From Octopus sinensis (lineage: Eukaryota), in assembly GCF_006345805.1 (NCBI RefSeq), contig NC_043002.1, positions 55,180,001-55,244,000 of the forward strand: a DNA stretch of 64,000 nt, in the 5' to 3' direction. The position numbers and the translations under genes are program-made. Positions 12,290 through 23,572 of the stretch are shown piece after piece (the stretch's first letter is position 1; every line of letters starts with the position of its first letter). The notes beneath the pieces were generated by a model that was not told the DNA's origin, ran no database searches, and was given only the letters and a program-made list of their open reading frames with translations.

Positions 12290-12634
12290 CTGAAATTTCA
12301 AAGAAGCATTTAAAGGTTGAGGATGAAATTTTTAAAAATACAAAACGAAATAAAATCAGAATCATGCTATAAACCAAAGCTGAACACCTTATGTCGTTAT
12401 ATAATTGTGTCTGAAACAAGGCTTGAGACCACTTTGTATAAGGAAATACAACGAAGGAAAGAAGGGGCTTGTAATTAAAAGATGCTAATTGAAAGAAAGC
12501 TTAGAGGGTTGAATATCAGTTTAACCTTTTGTTACCAACTCAGCTGAAACCGGTTTCACTTAAGCTGATCATGACTAAATTGTGATAATGTTATAATTTC
12601 ATGCTATCATAAGTTTTTATTGCATGTTTGTACA

Positions 12635-12701
<67 letters not shown>

Positions 12702-13445
12702 CAAATATATATACATACAATATATATACATACATATAAAGGTACAATAACGCCATGCCAAGTTTACCGTCATCTGTCAAATTTGACAGCTTGTTAAAGT
12801 ATGGATTGTGTGAACTTCTATATTTATCATAGGACAATTCAGTTAGCCAAATTTGTTTTCCTCACAGAAAGCTTATAGAGTATTGGACGGGATTTTTAAC
12901 TCTTCTTTCATTATATATTGTATTATAATTTTTATAACGACAACCCTTTCAACCTCCTCATCTGATTCCATTAAGATAATAATGCTGCATATTTAATCTT
13001 TATACCGAACATTTCGGAGTTGTTTCCCTTCATTATTCACCAAATTTGATTAACATTGATTATTGAGCTTATTTTTCTCTTCATTGTACAAGTATTTTTT
13101 AACAGGAATTTTGTTTCCTCATTTCATTAATGTGTGTGTGTGTATATATAAAGGTTCAAGCATTGTTTGTTTCCCAAATGCATGGATTTGGGTCGAGTTT
13201 CACTGCGTGGCACCTCCGGCAAGTGTCATCTACTACAGCGTCGGGCCCGATCACAACCGCATGAGTGGAATTCGTAGATAGAGACTGAAGGGAGCCTGTT
13301 ACACACACACATATGTATGTACGTATAAGTTTACCTTATACAACTCGGTCTGTTTGTACATAGATTTCTTTTGTGGTGAAGAGTAAGGACATTTTAAAAA
13401 CTGGTTTATATATATATATAAAAAAAGACACACTTAAGATGTTAC

Positions 13446-13567
13446 CTCTGCCGGGTATGCTTGGCTGTTTATTGTGTGTTCAGAACCATGGGAATCATTG
13501 CTGCCCCAATGAAAGTGGAAACTTGCCAGTTTGTAGCTCTTTGTATCCAACGGACCACCACTAATGA
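13446..13567 (-). CDS. CA: Alpha-carbonic anhydrase, coding exon 3 (Zn ligands His94/His96, Glu106)
   Basis: Acceptor tctctccag|TC ATT and donor GAG|GTAACA; 122 nt. Encodes [40 protein letters not shown]. Not in the supplied ORF track; read by hand from the reverse complement. Confidence 0.97.
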
Positions 13568-14417
13568 CTGGAGAGAAAATAGATAAAAGCATTAATTATA
13601 CACATTCAGTTGATTACACACACACACACATACTGGGAATAGAGAAATGATATACACATCCTGAGTTCATCAATATTATATCATTTTCTATTTAGCTGTA
13701 CAGGTTCTGTTTGTCCGTCCGTGTCCGTCCGTCCGCCCGTGTCCGTACGTCCGTGTGTGTGTACACATGCGTTCCACCCCACACGCTTTACAACATTTCT
13801 GCTGCCACGTATTGTCCTCTGGCCTACATCTACATGATCCACCTTCCCCTCCAACTGATGTTCACGATTGACCTCATCTCTACCCGTGTCCACCACTCTC
13901 GGCATTCACCCCTTCCCCTCGCCTCTCTTCACAATTCCACTTACCCACCCATACCACTTCCCTTATGTCCACCCCCTTCTGTAACTTGAGGGTATGTCCT
14001 GCCCCATCTTCACCACCCCCATCTTCTCCGATTGAGATGACCAAGTACCCGCCAAAAACAAGACGCCTTTTCTGTCCCTCTATCAACACCTGACACAAAA
14101 TCCACTCCCTCAATAGTACTCCCCCCCACTCAGTTGAGGGGCTTTTTCTTGGAGGTTACTTGGTGACCCCACTAGTGCCAGTGCTATGGAAACAGCACCC
14201 TGTACACTCTGTAAAGTAGTTGGTATCAGGAAGAGCATCTAGCTGTAGAACCCATGTCAAAGCAGACAGCAGTGGTTGGTGCAGTTCTCTGGGTCACCAG
14301 CTCCTGTAGAACTGTCAGATCCATGCAAACATGGAAAAATGATACATGTCATAAATCACCAGACGTGGCTAATTTATCTGCTTCTTAATGGATTGAAAAT
14401 GTGATAAAAAACCTTAA

Positions 14418-14567
14418 CCCATTTTAACCTAGGTCAGCCCTAACGAAATTTTGAAGATAGTTATATAAATAGGGATAACAAGCATACGGAAGCGTCCAGT
14501 TAACCTTTACTGCAGTAAATAAACCGAATACAACTGTCCTCAAACGAGGACAGTGGTTTAAAATGGG
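14418..14567. mobile_element. piggyBac-like MITE
   Basis: TTAA-CCCATTTTAACC ... GGTTTAAAATGGG-TTGA. Confidence 0.55.
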
Positions 14568-15983
14568 TTGATCGGTTTTCAGATCATTAGATTCTCAGAG
14601 GGTTCACATCCATTTGATCAATCAAGCAACCAATCTGTTTACAGACTCAACAAATCCTGCAGTCACAGAAGACTGGGGTTACTAATTTGCATAAATATTA
14701 GGGGTCCTGTCAAAGGGACTCTTAGTCCACACGGCATCAAAGTATGATGGTATGGTATATGTAACCTATAGGGTACTTTTATGAACAGGGTTACTTTAAC
14801 TGTTTCTCTGTAGATTGGGAAAAGGACGAACAATGTTAATCGATTTTTTAACATTATCAGATTCTCACCAGAGGCGTCGACATCAATCTGACCAATCTCA
14901 GAGAAACAAGCTGTCAATCTGTTCATATACGCAACAATGACAGTAGCTACAGAAAAAAAATGGAGCTACTAAGATATGATGCAAAAAATATAACACGAAG
15001 ACGAGGTAAAAAAAACAAAACTAGAAACAAAAACAAAGAGTAATGAAAAACAAAAACGGTGTATTAAGTTTGTGCTTAGGAAAGTTTGTGCTTGGTTAAA
15101 AAGAAAGGAGAGTCTTATGTATAGACTCTTTTTCTGAAAGAAAGAATGGACATGGAGAGGGAGAGAGGGGGGACAGAGAAACACACAGAAAAGGATCCCC
15201 TCAAAGGAATGCTTATGTGTACAATCGCCATGACATGTTGAAATCTTTATATCAGAGCACAGCAATCCCTCGCCATATCACGGTTTACTTATCGTGCACT
15301 CAGTACACCATGGATTTTTCTGGCTAACATATGTCAATTTATATGGTGGACTCCTCAGTATATCGCGGGTTTCTGCAGCCGATAGGTATTGATTTTTTTT
15401 AGATTTTAATCATTTCTGAGGGAGGTTTTGGAACATAACACCCGCGATAGTTGAGGGTTACTGTATGCGTTTTATTTATCTAAGTCTCCACAAAGAGTAT
15501 TTCTGTGGTTTGATAAACTGAACGACGGCTTTTTTTATGCAAATGATTGGAGTATTTCAAAGACATTTGTGCTTTTAAAGGTAACACCCAAACAGAAACA
15601 CTAGGACACTATTACAAAACAGAGCGTCTTAATTATAAGATCAATTATTGTAATACTCTTCCATATTGCCCATCAACTAATTCTCATTCACAAGGTTTAG
15701 GATCCACCCAAAGCAGATAAATGTCCCCTGAATTCTATAGTTACACAGCAGTATTGAACCATGGACCTCATGAGTGCAAAGAAAACTTCTTAACCACTCG
15801 GCCATGCGAGCGAGGGAGCGTAAGTGAAGGCACGTGGTTTAATACTTAGGGTATTCGGTTCATGAATTACGTTAAATGTGTGTTGAATACTCAATCACTT
15901 TTGATGCGAATTCAGTTGATAGGGAGGTCAGTGAATGGGGACAGCTGCAAGCTCATCCCCGAAATCCACCAGCTGTGATCAAT

Positions 15984-16031
<48 letters not shown>

Positions 16032-16034
<3 letters not shown>

Positions 16035-16562
16035 TGACGTATTTTTGCCATTTCAATATGGCTAACCCCTAAGGGTGGATGCTACTGTAGTTTTTAGCCC
16101 CAGGAGGACACACTCCTCCAGCTGGCCATAGACACACTATCTGTCACTGGCGTCGAAAATCTGTTAGATAACAATAATAAATCTCTAAGCGAGGTATAAA
16201 CAGTAACTGCTCTGTAATATAAGCGGGACCAGCCATCTGAATGTGGCTATTATTGTTATCGAACAGATTTTCGACGCCAGTGACTGTGTTTACAGTGAAA
16301 ATCTATATATTTCTAGCCTGTAGAGGAAGTCCCTCAACGAAGAGCGGTGTTTGCCATGCGCTGACGAGAGGCAATACCTCGAAACCGGTCCGTGTGTAAC
16401 ATCCGTTTCTTCGGGGAGGCTGATCTCCCTTTGCAGGCTAGCAAGGACACCGTGATGGTGTCGGCTCTCCTGGTGACGTCTATAGTCGCCTGGGGCTAAA
16501 TGCATCAGTAACACCCCCACCACCCCGCCCTGTCCCTAGCCACATTCAGATGGCTGGTCCCG

Positions 16563-16566
<4 letters not shown>
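16032..16566. mobile_element. Hammerhead-bearing Penelope-type terminal-repeat element with internal inverted duplications, embedded in (TA)n (CA intron 2)
   Basis: 16138-16180 is inverted at 16249-16290, and 16218-16250 is inverted at 16537-16570. Intact hammerhead at 16355. Related sequence at 36293-36500. Confidence 0.7.
16355..16396 (+). ncRNA. Minimal type I hammerhead ribozyme, canonical core
   Basis: CAUGCG-CUGACGA-GAGG(CAAUA)CCUC-GAAA-CCGGU-C/CGUGUG: 6-bp stem I, 4-bp stem II, palindromic stem III ACCGGU, GUC cleavage triplet after 16390. Confidence 0.85.
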
Positions 16567-16639
<73 letters not shown>

Positions 16640-16750
16640 GGAAATAGAGATAAATCAATAATTATTAATTACAAAAAGAGACAATCTCTGACAGCTGTTT
16701 CGATTCAAACTTTAGAAATTAAAATAATTAAATCATATATATATATATAT

Positions 16751-17340
16751 AGGATCTGATCAATAAATATCCGGTCTGTTGCCATAGTAATGAAGCTAAA
16801 ACACGCAGAGTAAAGCTGCTTGACAAAGATTGACCTTGTTCTCTGCTGTGCATGCGCACTAAGTTTTAGCGTTCTTGCTCACTACCACTATTTACAACAA
16901 ATTTTTCCAAAATCTTGGCAATACCTGCTCAGAAGCCTAAGCAAACTTTTCAAAGTTCTCGACACAATCAAGGAGATCTTGTGCAACTGAAACCTTAGTG
17001 TCCTTTTGGTCAGCTGAAAGCAGTTTTGGCACAAACTTGGCAGACACACATCTCATACCCAAATCTTTAGTGATACTGAACTGAACCATAACTAATCTGC
17101 ACGTCCTCTGATAACTCACTGATGGTGATTCGATGATTTCCCCTCACAGCTACACGCACACCTGCGATGCTTTTCTCAGTTTTTCTGGTTGCGGGTCTCT
17201 CAGAACGTTCGTCAATATCGACATTTTTTCGGCCATCTTGGAAACGGTTGAACCACTCGCACACTTGTGTGAAGCACATACACTCCTCTCCATACATATA
17301 GAAACCTGCACGGTAGACATACAAACAGGGCAAATCTAAC
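16751..17340. mobile_element. mariner relic: 5' end on + strand, transposase fragment inverted (- strand)
   Basis: 16751-16897 aligns with the 5' end of the 53537 copy. 16937-17330 (-) encodes ITKDLGMRCVSAKFVPKLLSADQK and EWFNRFQDGRKNVDIDERSERP. Confidence 0.8.
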
Positions 17341-17373
17341 TATTTCCCTGATAATTGTAGAAACGATAATGAA

Positions 17374-17420
17374 CAGCGCTAATCGATTTTCGAAACTTAT
17401 TGGCTTCTCATCAGGGGTGT
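17374..17420 (-). ncRNA. Hammerhead core with intact stems II/III and poor stem I
   Basis: CUGAUGA-GAAG(CCAAUAAG)UUUC-GAAA-AUCGAUU-A/GCGCUG, with palindromic stem III AAUCGAUU. Confidence 0.55.
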
Positions 17421-17426
17421 TTACAC

Positions 17427-17536
17427 CAGGGGCGTAGCTAGGGTGGGGCAAGCAGGGCACATGCCCTGGGCACCACTTTGAGGGGGCGCAATTTTGACAC
17501 TTGCTCGGGGCGCCGTTTACCCTAGTTACGGCCCTG
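17427..17536. mobile_element. hAT-like MITE (110 bp)
   Basis: TIR CAGGGGCGTAGCTAGGG / CAGGGCCGTAACTAGGG; 8-bp TSD-like flanks gtttacac/atctacac. Confidence 0.75.
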
Positions 17537-17829
17537 ATCTACACCAATATATCAAACCCAGAGAAGCAAAGAACCAATTTTGCATAAATAGCAGTAGCTT
17601 AAGAGAATTAGAGCAACTAATTTATACTCACACAATATAAAATACAGACAAACATACGCAATACACCTCCACTTATACTCGTCTCAGAACACGTATACAT
17701 TTTTATCCGTGTACACACACAACCCACCCTTTCTCTCTTTACTCACCCACTCCATAAAATTGCATTCATATCTGGCTCCAAACCACTCGCCCATTTTTTC
17801 TCAAACTTTTCTTCTTTCTCATTACTTTT

Positions 17830-17863
17830 CTTCTGATGAAGGAGGAGCGTCCGAAACGTCAAG
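17830..17863 (+). ncRNA. Minimal type I hammerhead (family also at ~28040 and ~49880, decayed, - strand)
   Basis: CUU-CUGAUGA-A-GGA(GGAGCG)UCC-GAAA-CGU-C/AAG. The downstream gcgttaaactaa is shared by three copies. Confidence 0.7.
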
Positions 17864-18147
17864 TAGCTCTTCCTTCTTTTTAAAGCGTTAAACTAATACA
17901 GTATTTGTTATAACTTGACCCTCCGGTGTTTTTTGGTTCATTGCCCTCACTCCCTCTATATAATTATGCACACAAACACACATTAAAAACATTACTAACA
18001 TACGTTATACTCAATCTTCATTTTAAAAGTAATTTTTCCAAACTGGTATCGGTTGGACAGATTTACCACTTCTCTATGATGTCCAACTCGTCTCGTCAGT
18101 GATGGTCAAATTAGGATTAATAGTAATTACTAATTAGTAATACTTAC

Positions 18148-18336
18148 AATTATCTCCGTTGATTGTGGCCACAAATGTCAGTCCATTATTAACGCACGAC
18201 ATCTTCGGTTCAGGCGAATAATCGGCCTTGAGGGCATGATCGTGTTTCACGGCTTTCGTACTGCCGCTGTCTATATTGACTGGAGACTGTCTTTGGCCAG
18301 CCGCTTTGGGATAATCACGCGCCCACACACTAGGAC
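18148..18336 (-). CDS. CA: Alpha-carbonic anhydrase, coding exon 2
   Basis: Acceptor ttttttag|GT CCT and donor AAT T|GTAAGT; 189 nt. Encodes GPSVWARDYPKAAGQRQSPVNID...CVNNGLTFVATINGDN, with the QSPVNI and NNG motifs of alpha-CA. Confidence 0.96.
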
Positions 18337-19387
18337 CTAAAAAAAATATAAGAATGTACATAAGTAAGTATACACGTTTGTAACATTAGCAAGCAAGAGT
18401 CCGACAAAATATAGTTTGTTAACCTCACGGTTATCATTCAAACTTTTAATACTGGAAAACTTCTAGCTTGGCGTTCTTTATTTCAAGTGGCTAGCCATAT
18501 TCCTTCGAACTTATTACCCTAAAGAATATATAATGTGTCAATTCGTGACACACATACACATACACACACATACACACACACACACACTCACGTATGTGTG
18601 GGTGTACGCGTGAGTGTGCGCATACGTGCGTGTATGCGTACGTGCGCGCGTGTATGCGTGCATGTGTGTATGCGTGCGTGCGTGTATGCGTGCGTGCGTG
18701 TATGCGTGCGTATGTGTATGTCTGCGTGTAAGTATGCTGCGTGTGTGTATGCATGTGTGTATGTGTGTGTGTGCGTATGTATGCGTGTGTGTGCATACAC
18801 GTACGTACAACATTGTATCCAAAAGTATCTCTAAATAAGTGGCCACCCTGACTGTATCTCGAAATCCATTTGATCAATGGTAAATCTCCAAATGTAGGGA
18901 ATAACCAAATTTTGTAGGGCAGCAAGTGAGAACAGTTTTTACGTCCATATTCAAAACCATTTCACGTCCTTCATGCTGCTTTGTTTGTTAGGCCTTAAAA
19001 AATCTCTTTATCTCTGACACGTTACAACACTACTAAAACTGTATTCCAAACACTAATTTCTGTTATCAGAAAAGATAAGATATTTCAATCTCCAGTAATT
19101 GCTGACAGTGCTATAAATCACAACTGACATTATTAATAGTCGTCATTTAAGGAGCTGCTACTGCTGCTACAACAGACATAATTTAGTCTACAGCCCAAAT
19201 GAAGGCTATACGGTAGATTGAAGGACATAATTTAATCTACAGTCCAATGAAGGCTACTCGGCGGATTAACAGACGCTCTTTAATACCGCACAACTGCCTT
19301 CTCTCTACCGCTTCTCCAACCGTGGCTTTCTCACTGAACTAACCTTATTCATACACTTCCATTCATAGCTACCCAATCTACATATTA

Positions 19388-19912
19388 CCGTTAATCCTCA
19401 AGTATAATCCGCATTTTCCCCCAAAATTTAAAGGTCAAAATCCCGAGTGCGTACTATATACGAGGTTAAAAATGAAAAATATTTTCTAAGCAATGTCTGA
19501 GACTCTATTTGCTGTCTGGCAATGTTTATTCAGACGCATTTTGTGATGTCGAGCGCGAAAATATCTTAAGCTAAGCTTGAAAGCAATGAAGTCATAAAAG
19601 AATCATCCATAACTTGCAGTAAGCAACATTTATTAAAATAAAAGTATTCAGAACACAGAATAACATGTAACAAAAACAATTTGCAAACATATTTACATTC
19701 CCATATAACAGTTAAGAACATCACCATTATTATATTACGCATGCGCGGAAGTGTTTGTTCGACTAGGTGCTGCTGGCTTAATTACACACGACTCAAGTTT
19801 GAGAAGGAATACGTATTATACACAAGGTTTAGGTTTTTCAGAGGTACAGCTCCCCACCTAAAAATTCCCTGCGTATTATACTCAAGGGCGAACTATACTC
19901 GAGGATTTACGG
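19388..19912. mobile_element. pogo/Tigger-like MITE
   Basis: 19-bp TIR CCGTAAATCCTCGAGTATA (17/19 match) flanked by TA on both sides. Confidence 0.8.
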
Positions 19913-20343
19913 TACTCATTTAATCGTCCCCATTGTGTATCACGTCTCAAATTCCTCAACTGTTTCTCTACAAAATCACCAACTTCTGAAAAGCTGCCGC
20001 GTTACAAGCATGAACAGAGAAATCCCTGCTAAACATTTTCAGTCACACCGTCCTTAACAGTAAACTGAGAAGTCAACGCCTTCCTGCCTCGTCCTCTACG
20101 AAGTATTCACAAGGTTACACATAAGGAAGTGAACTGTTGACTGAGTCGATATCTTATTTGAACAATTAATAGGCTTTATAGTACATTGTGTTTGCATAAC
20201 GAAGTACCACGTACCTACAAATCATTACTGTTTGTATACAAGCCTCCAGGAATGCGTCTAATATGTAACTTGGTATATCCAATTACTTAACGCTGTATGC
20301 GGTGGCTATATAGGCAATGTGTTCAGAGTCGAGAATGGTTTAG

Positions 20344-20395
20344 ATGGGTGCTGATGAAGGGGCAACTCACCCCGGTATACGGCATATACACTCAT
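20344..20395 (+). ncRNA. Decayed hammerhead (GAAA mutated to GGUA)
   Basis: 7-bp stem I AUGGGUG/CACUCAU, CUGAUGA-A, stem II GGGG/CCCC. The catalytic GAAA is absent. Confidence 0.45.
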
Positions 20396-20869
20396 TACCC
20401 ATTTTTGTCCTCGATCTCATTCATCGTAGCAACACTCAGTGCCGGCAATAATTTCTAGAGAAGATCTGTAGAAATAAACTTAATAAAATAATGTGAAAAG
20501 TAGAACGTGGTATTGACTTATGAAAACATTTAATATATTTTATGTAGTACGTTATGATTGCATAACGAAGTACCACGTGTCTACAACTCATTAATGAGTC
20601 GATATCTGTACAGAAACGGGACAGGTCTTTCAGACTTATGGAAGCCAAATTGGACCTGAATGGAATTGTTTCACGCAACCTAAAAGCGCGTTTTGTAGGA
20701 TAGGTATTAGAGTACATTTGTTCTCTAATAAATATTTAGAGTACAAATGTACTCTAAATGCTGTGGTGTCTCATGAAAATACACCTGCATTGAAAATAGA
20801 TTATGTTTGTTCTGAGTATACTACAGCCAGAAATATTTGTTTTCCAAATGAAACGCGATATTTTTAAGT

Positions 20870-21235
20870 GTAGGTGTTGTAAGAAGCTCGCTTCCCAACC
20901 ACATGGTTCCGGGTTCAGTCCCACTGCGTGACACCTTGGGTAACTGTCTTATCCTACAGCTTCAAGGTCGGCTTAAGAGCCTTGTGAGTGGATTTGGAAG
21001 ATGGAAACTGAAAGAAGTCCCCTGTCGTTGTGTGCACGTATTTGTCTCACATCACCGCTTCACAACTAGTGTTGGTTTGTTTACGTCCTCATAATTTAGA
21101 AGTTCGGCAAAAGAGACCGATAGAATAAGCATCAGGCTTAAAAACAAAAATAAGTACTAGGGTCGATTCATTCGATTAAAATTCAAGTCGGTGCCCCAGT
21201 ATGGCCGCAGTCTAATCACTGAAACAAGCAAAGAT
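20870..21235 (+). mobile_element. tRNA-derived SINE family A (representative; others at ~3120, 4240, 7354, 23545(-), 24140(-), 34780(-), 36905, 37290(-), 55830, 56085, 63800(-))
   Basis: Shared gtggtaagaagcttgcttccc...ggttcagtcccactgcg head, ccttgggcaagtgtcttc central domain and ccagcatggccgcag...ctgaaacaag tail. Confidence 0.88.
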
Positions 21236-21262
21236 GTATATATATATATATATATATATACA

Positions 21263-22958
21263 CACTACCGTCAGAAATTAATTAGCACCCTTGATTTGCT
21301 CTTCACTCAAGGTATTTGCTGTCACCTAGTGGCCATATCTCGAACTATTGCTTTGTTGCGAGTTAACTGTTGCGCAGAACGATGACGTAACTTTGTTTGC
21401 AGAGCGGTTTGAGAGTCTACAGCCTAATGATGTTGACATAGCAGTGCAACAACAACTTGGAGTGCGGATGCAGACAAATCTTCCTTTGTTTAATAGATAT
21501 AGGTAGCGCCTCGCAAGGACCGAAATCACACCGTACTAAGTTTTCTCATCGCGTAAGACGTTTTGAACAGCTTGTAGGTTAATTGATTTGTGTATTTGCA
21601 AGATTTTTTTTCCTCACAAATTCTCCTACACTCTGCTTGGTGACGTTACTTCCGGTTCACAAAACTTTCTGTTATACATCAAGTAAGGTGAGAAATTCTG
21701 CCTTCTTTCTTTTTTGTTTAATGAATAATAACTCATAGCAGTTTTGTTATAGCATAACATTATTCAAATGAATAGTTTTAATGAAAATAACTGGTTTTTA
21801 TCGTTCATTCCTAGATGGGCCCAAGACCTCGCATGACCTTGGAGAGACGGTACGAGGCTCTCTCGTGGCGTGGGAAGCTGTCGGAGGTTGCAATAGCCAG
21901 AAAACTTGGTGTAGCCAGGCGCACAATTCAGTGCTTATTTAAGAAATACGAGGAAACCGGATCAGCAGCTGACAAAAAGGGTAGGGGACGGAAGAGGCTG
22001 ACGACCCAGCGGGAGGACCGGATGCTGATCCGAAAGTCACTGTACAACCGAAGGGTAACGAGCCGGCAACTGACGGAGGAGATGCAAAAGATGACAGGGA
22101 AGCAGTTGTCTACAACTACCGTCAAGACCAGATTACTGGAAGCTGGTCTAAAATCCTGTAGGGCCACCCGTAAGCCGCTCCTTACAGCCCAAAACCGGAA
22201 GAGGCGGCTGCTCTGGGCCTGTGCCCACAAGACATGGACCGTGCAGCAGTGGCGGACAGTGATGTTCACTGACGAGTCGCGATTCAGTCTCGTCAGTGAC
22301 AAGCCTGTCCATGTGCGACGCCGCAGGGGTGAGCGCTTCAACAAAGACTGCATTGCTCCCACCATGAAGCAAGATGGTGTGAGGGGCGTTCAGCTACAGT
22401 GGTGTTGGGCGGCTCTATGCCGTCGAAGGCAACATCAACGCAGCAAAGTACGTTGAGATAGTACGGGATACCTCTTTGGTGGCGAGGAGTACTGCTCCAG
22501 CAGGACAATGCGCCTTCCCTCACAGCCAAGCTCACAACCGGTTTCTTTAAGGACCATGGGGTGACGGTCATGGACTGGCCTGGCCAGTCACCTGACCTGA
22601 ACCCTATTGAGAACCTCTGGAGTCGATTGGGTAGGGATTTGAATGTGCAACAATACAGGAACCGACACGAGCTGTTTGGGGCACTTCTTGCTGCATGGGG
22701 GGCCATCCCTGCACAGTACCTGCAGGCACTCATAGACAGCATGCTGACCCGCGTAGCAGCTGTCATTGCTGCCAAAGGAGGAGCAACAAGATATTGACTA
22801 AATTTCACGATTAATAACAATTATGTGGTGTGCTGGGATATGTTTTAATAAATTTTTGATTAAAAACGAGTTCGTTTCTGATAATAAGTTAATTAAATTA
22901 AGAAAATGTAAGAAAATGTAGAAATTTGAGAAGTGCTAATTAATTTCCGACGCAAGTG
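21263..22958 (+). mobile_element. Full-length decayed Tc1-family DNA transposon (DD34E)
   Basis: ~26-bp imperfect TIRs (CACTACCGTCAGAAATTAATTAGCAC vs CACTTGCGTCGGAAATTAATTAGCAC); TA at the right end; 1.7 kb; internal transposase. Confidence 0.95.
21815..22797 (+). pseudogene. Tc1 transposase pseudogene
   Basis: HTH, GRGRKR linker, WxxVMFTDESRF, QQDNAP and WPGQSPDLNPIENLW (34 residues between D and E), ending AKGGATRY*. Frameshifts and deletions between ~22370 and 22500. Confidence 0.93.
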
Positions 22959-22970
22959 TATACACACACA

Positions 22971-23203
22971 CAGTGTTGGCCAAAAGTTAGCTGACAGTAA
23001 ATCAAAATTCCATAAATACCCTCTGTAATTCTATATTGACTCGAATGGAAAAATGTGTCACTCACGAAGGACTTCAGTTTGAACTATTTTCATGCTGTTT
23101 CATAGTTAGGTGCTTTTATTAAATTCATTCAGTTGTTAAACAGAGATAAATCTTGGAATTAAATGGTTTTGATTTACTCTCAGTTGACTTCTGGCCAACC
23201 CTG
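22971..23203. mobile_element. Tc1/mariner-type MITE adjacent to the Tc1
   Basis: TIR cagtgttggccaaaagttagctg vs cagggttggccagaagtcaactg (4 mismatches in 23); TA on the right. Confidence 0.7.
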
Positions 23204-23572
23204 TATTTATATGAGAGAGCCGAATTTCCATTTGGCAATTAGCTTTAGAAAGACGTTCAAAGACTTAATAAAAATTTGATTTATTTTATACAACGAAATG
23301 TGTGTGTGCGTGTGTGAATATCTAACGTTAGTGCTTTAAATTATTCTGTCGTATTGTTCCATTGTGTAAATTTACAGCCATAACAAATGAAACCAACAGA
23401 AAGGGAGGAACAAGCGATCAATTACTGAAAAACAATGGTGCAGGAAGTTCTCGGCCAGCAGACAATGCCAAGTTGAAGAGCAGCCATTTCATTATAAGGA
23501 AGCGTTCTTTTAATTTCACGCTTTTCCTTGTGGTTTTATCTTTTGTTCTTTTACTTGTTTCAGTCATTAGAC

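Noticed and set aside
20364-20412. Apparent alternative CA first exon (MGNECICRIPG, GG|GTGAGT)
   Set aside because: The phase-2 donor gives an immediate stop in exon 2. The sequence is better explained as the antisense of a decayed hammerhead.
22338-22820. 160-aa and 145-aa antisense ORFs over the Tc1 transposase
   Set aside because: Shadow ORFs of GC-rich coding sequence.
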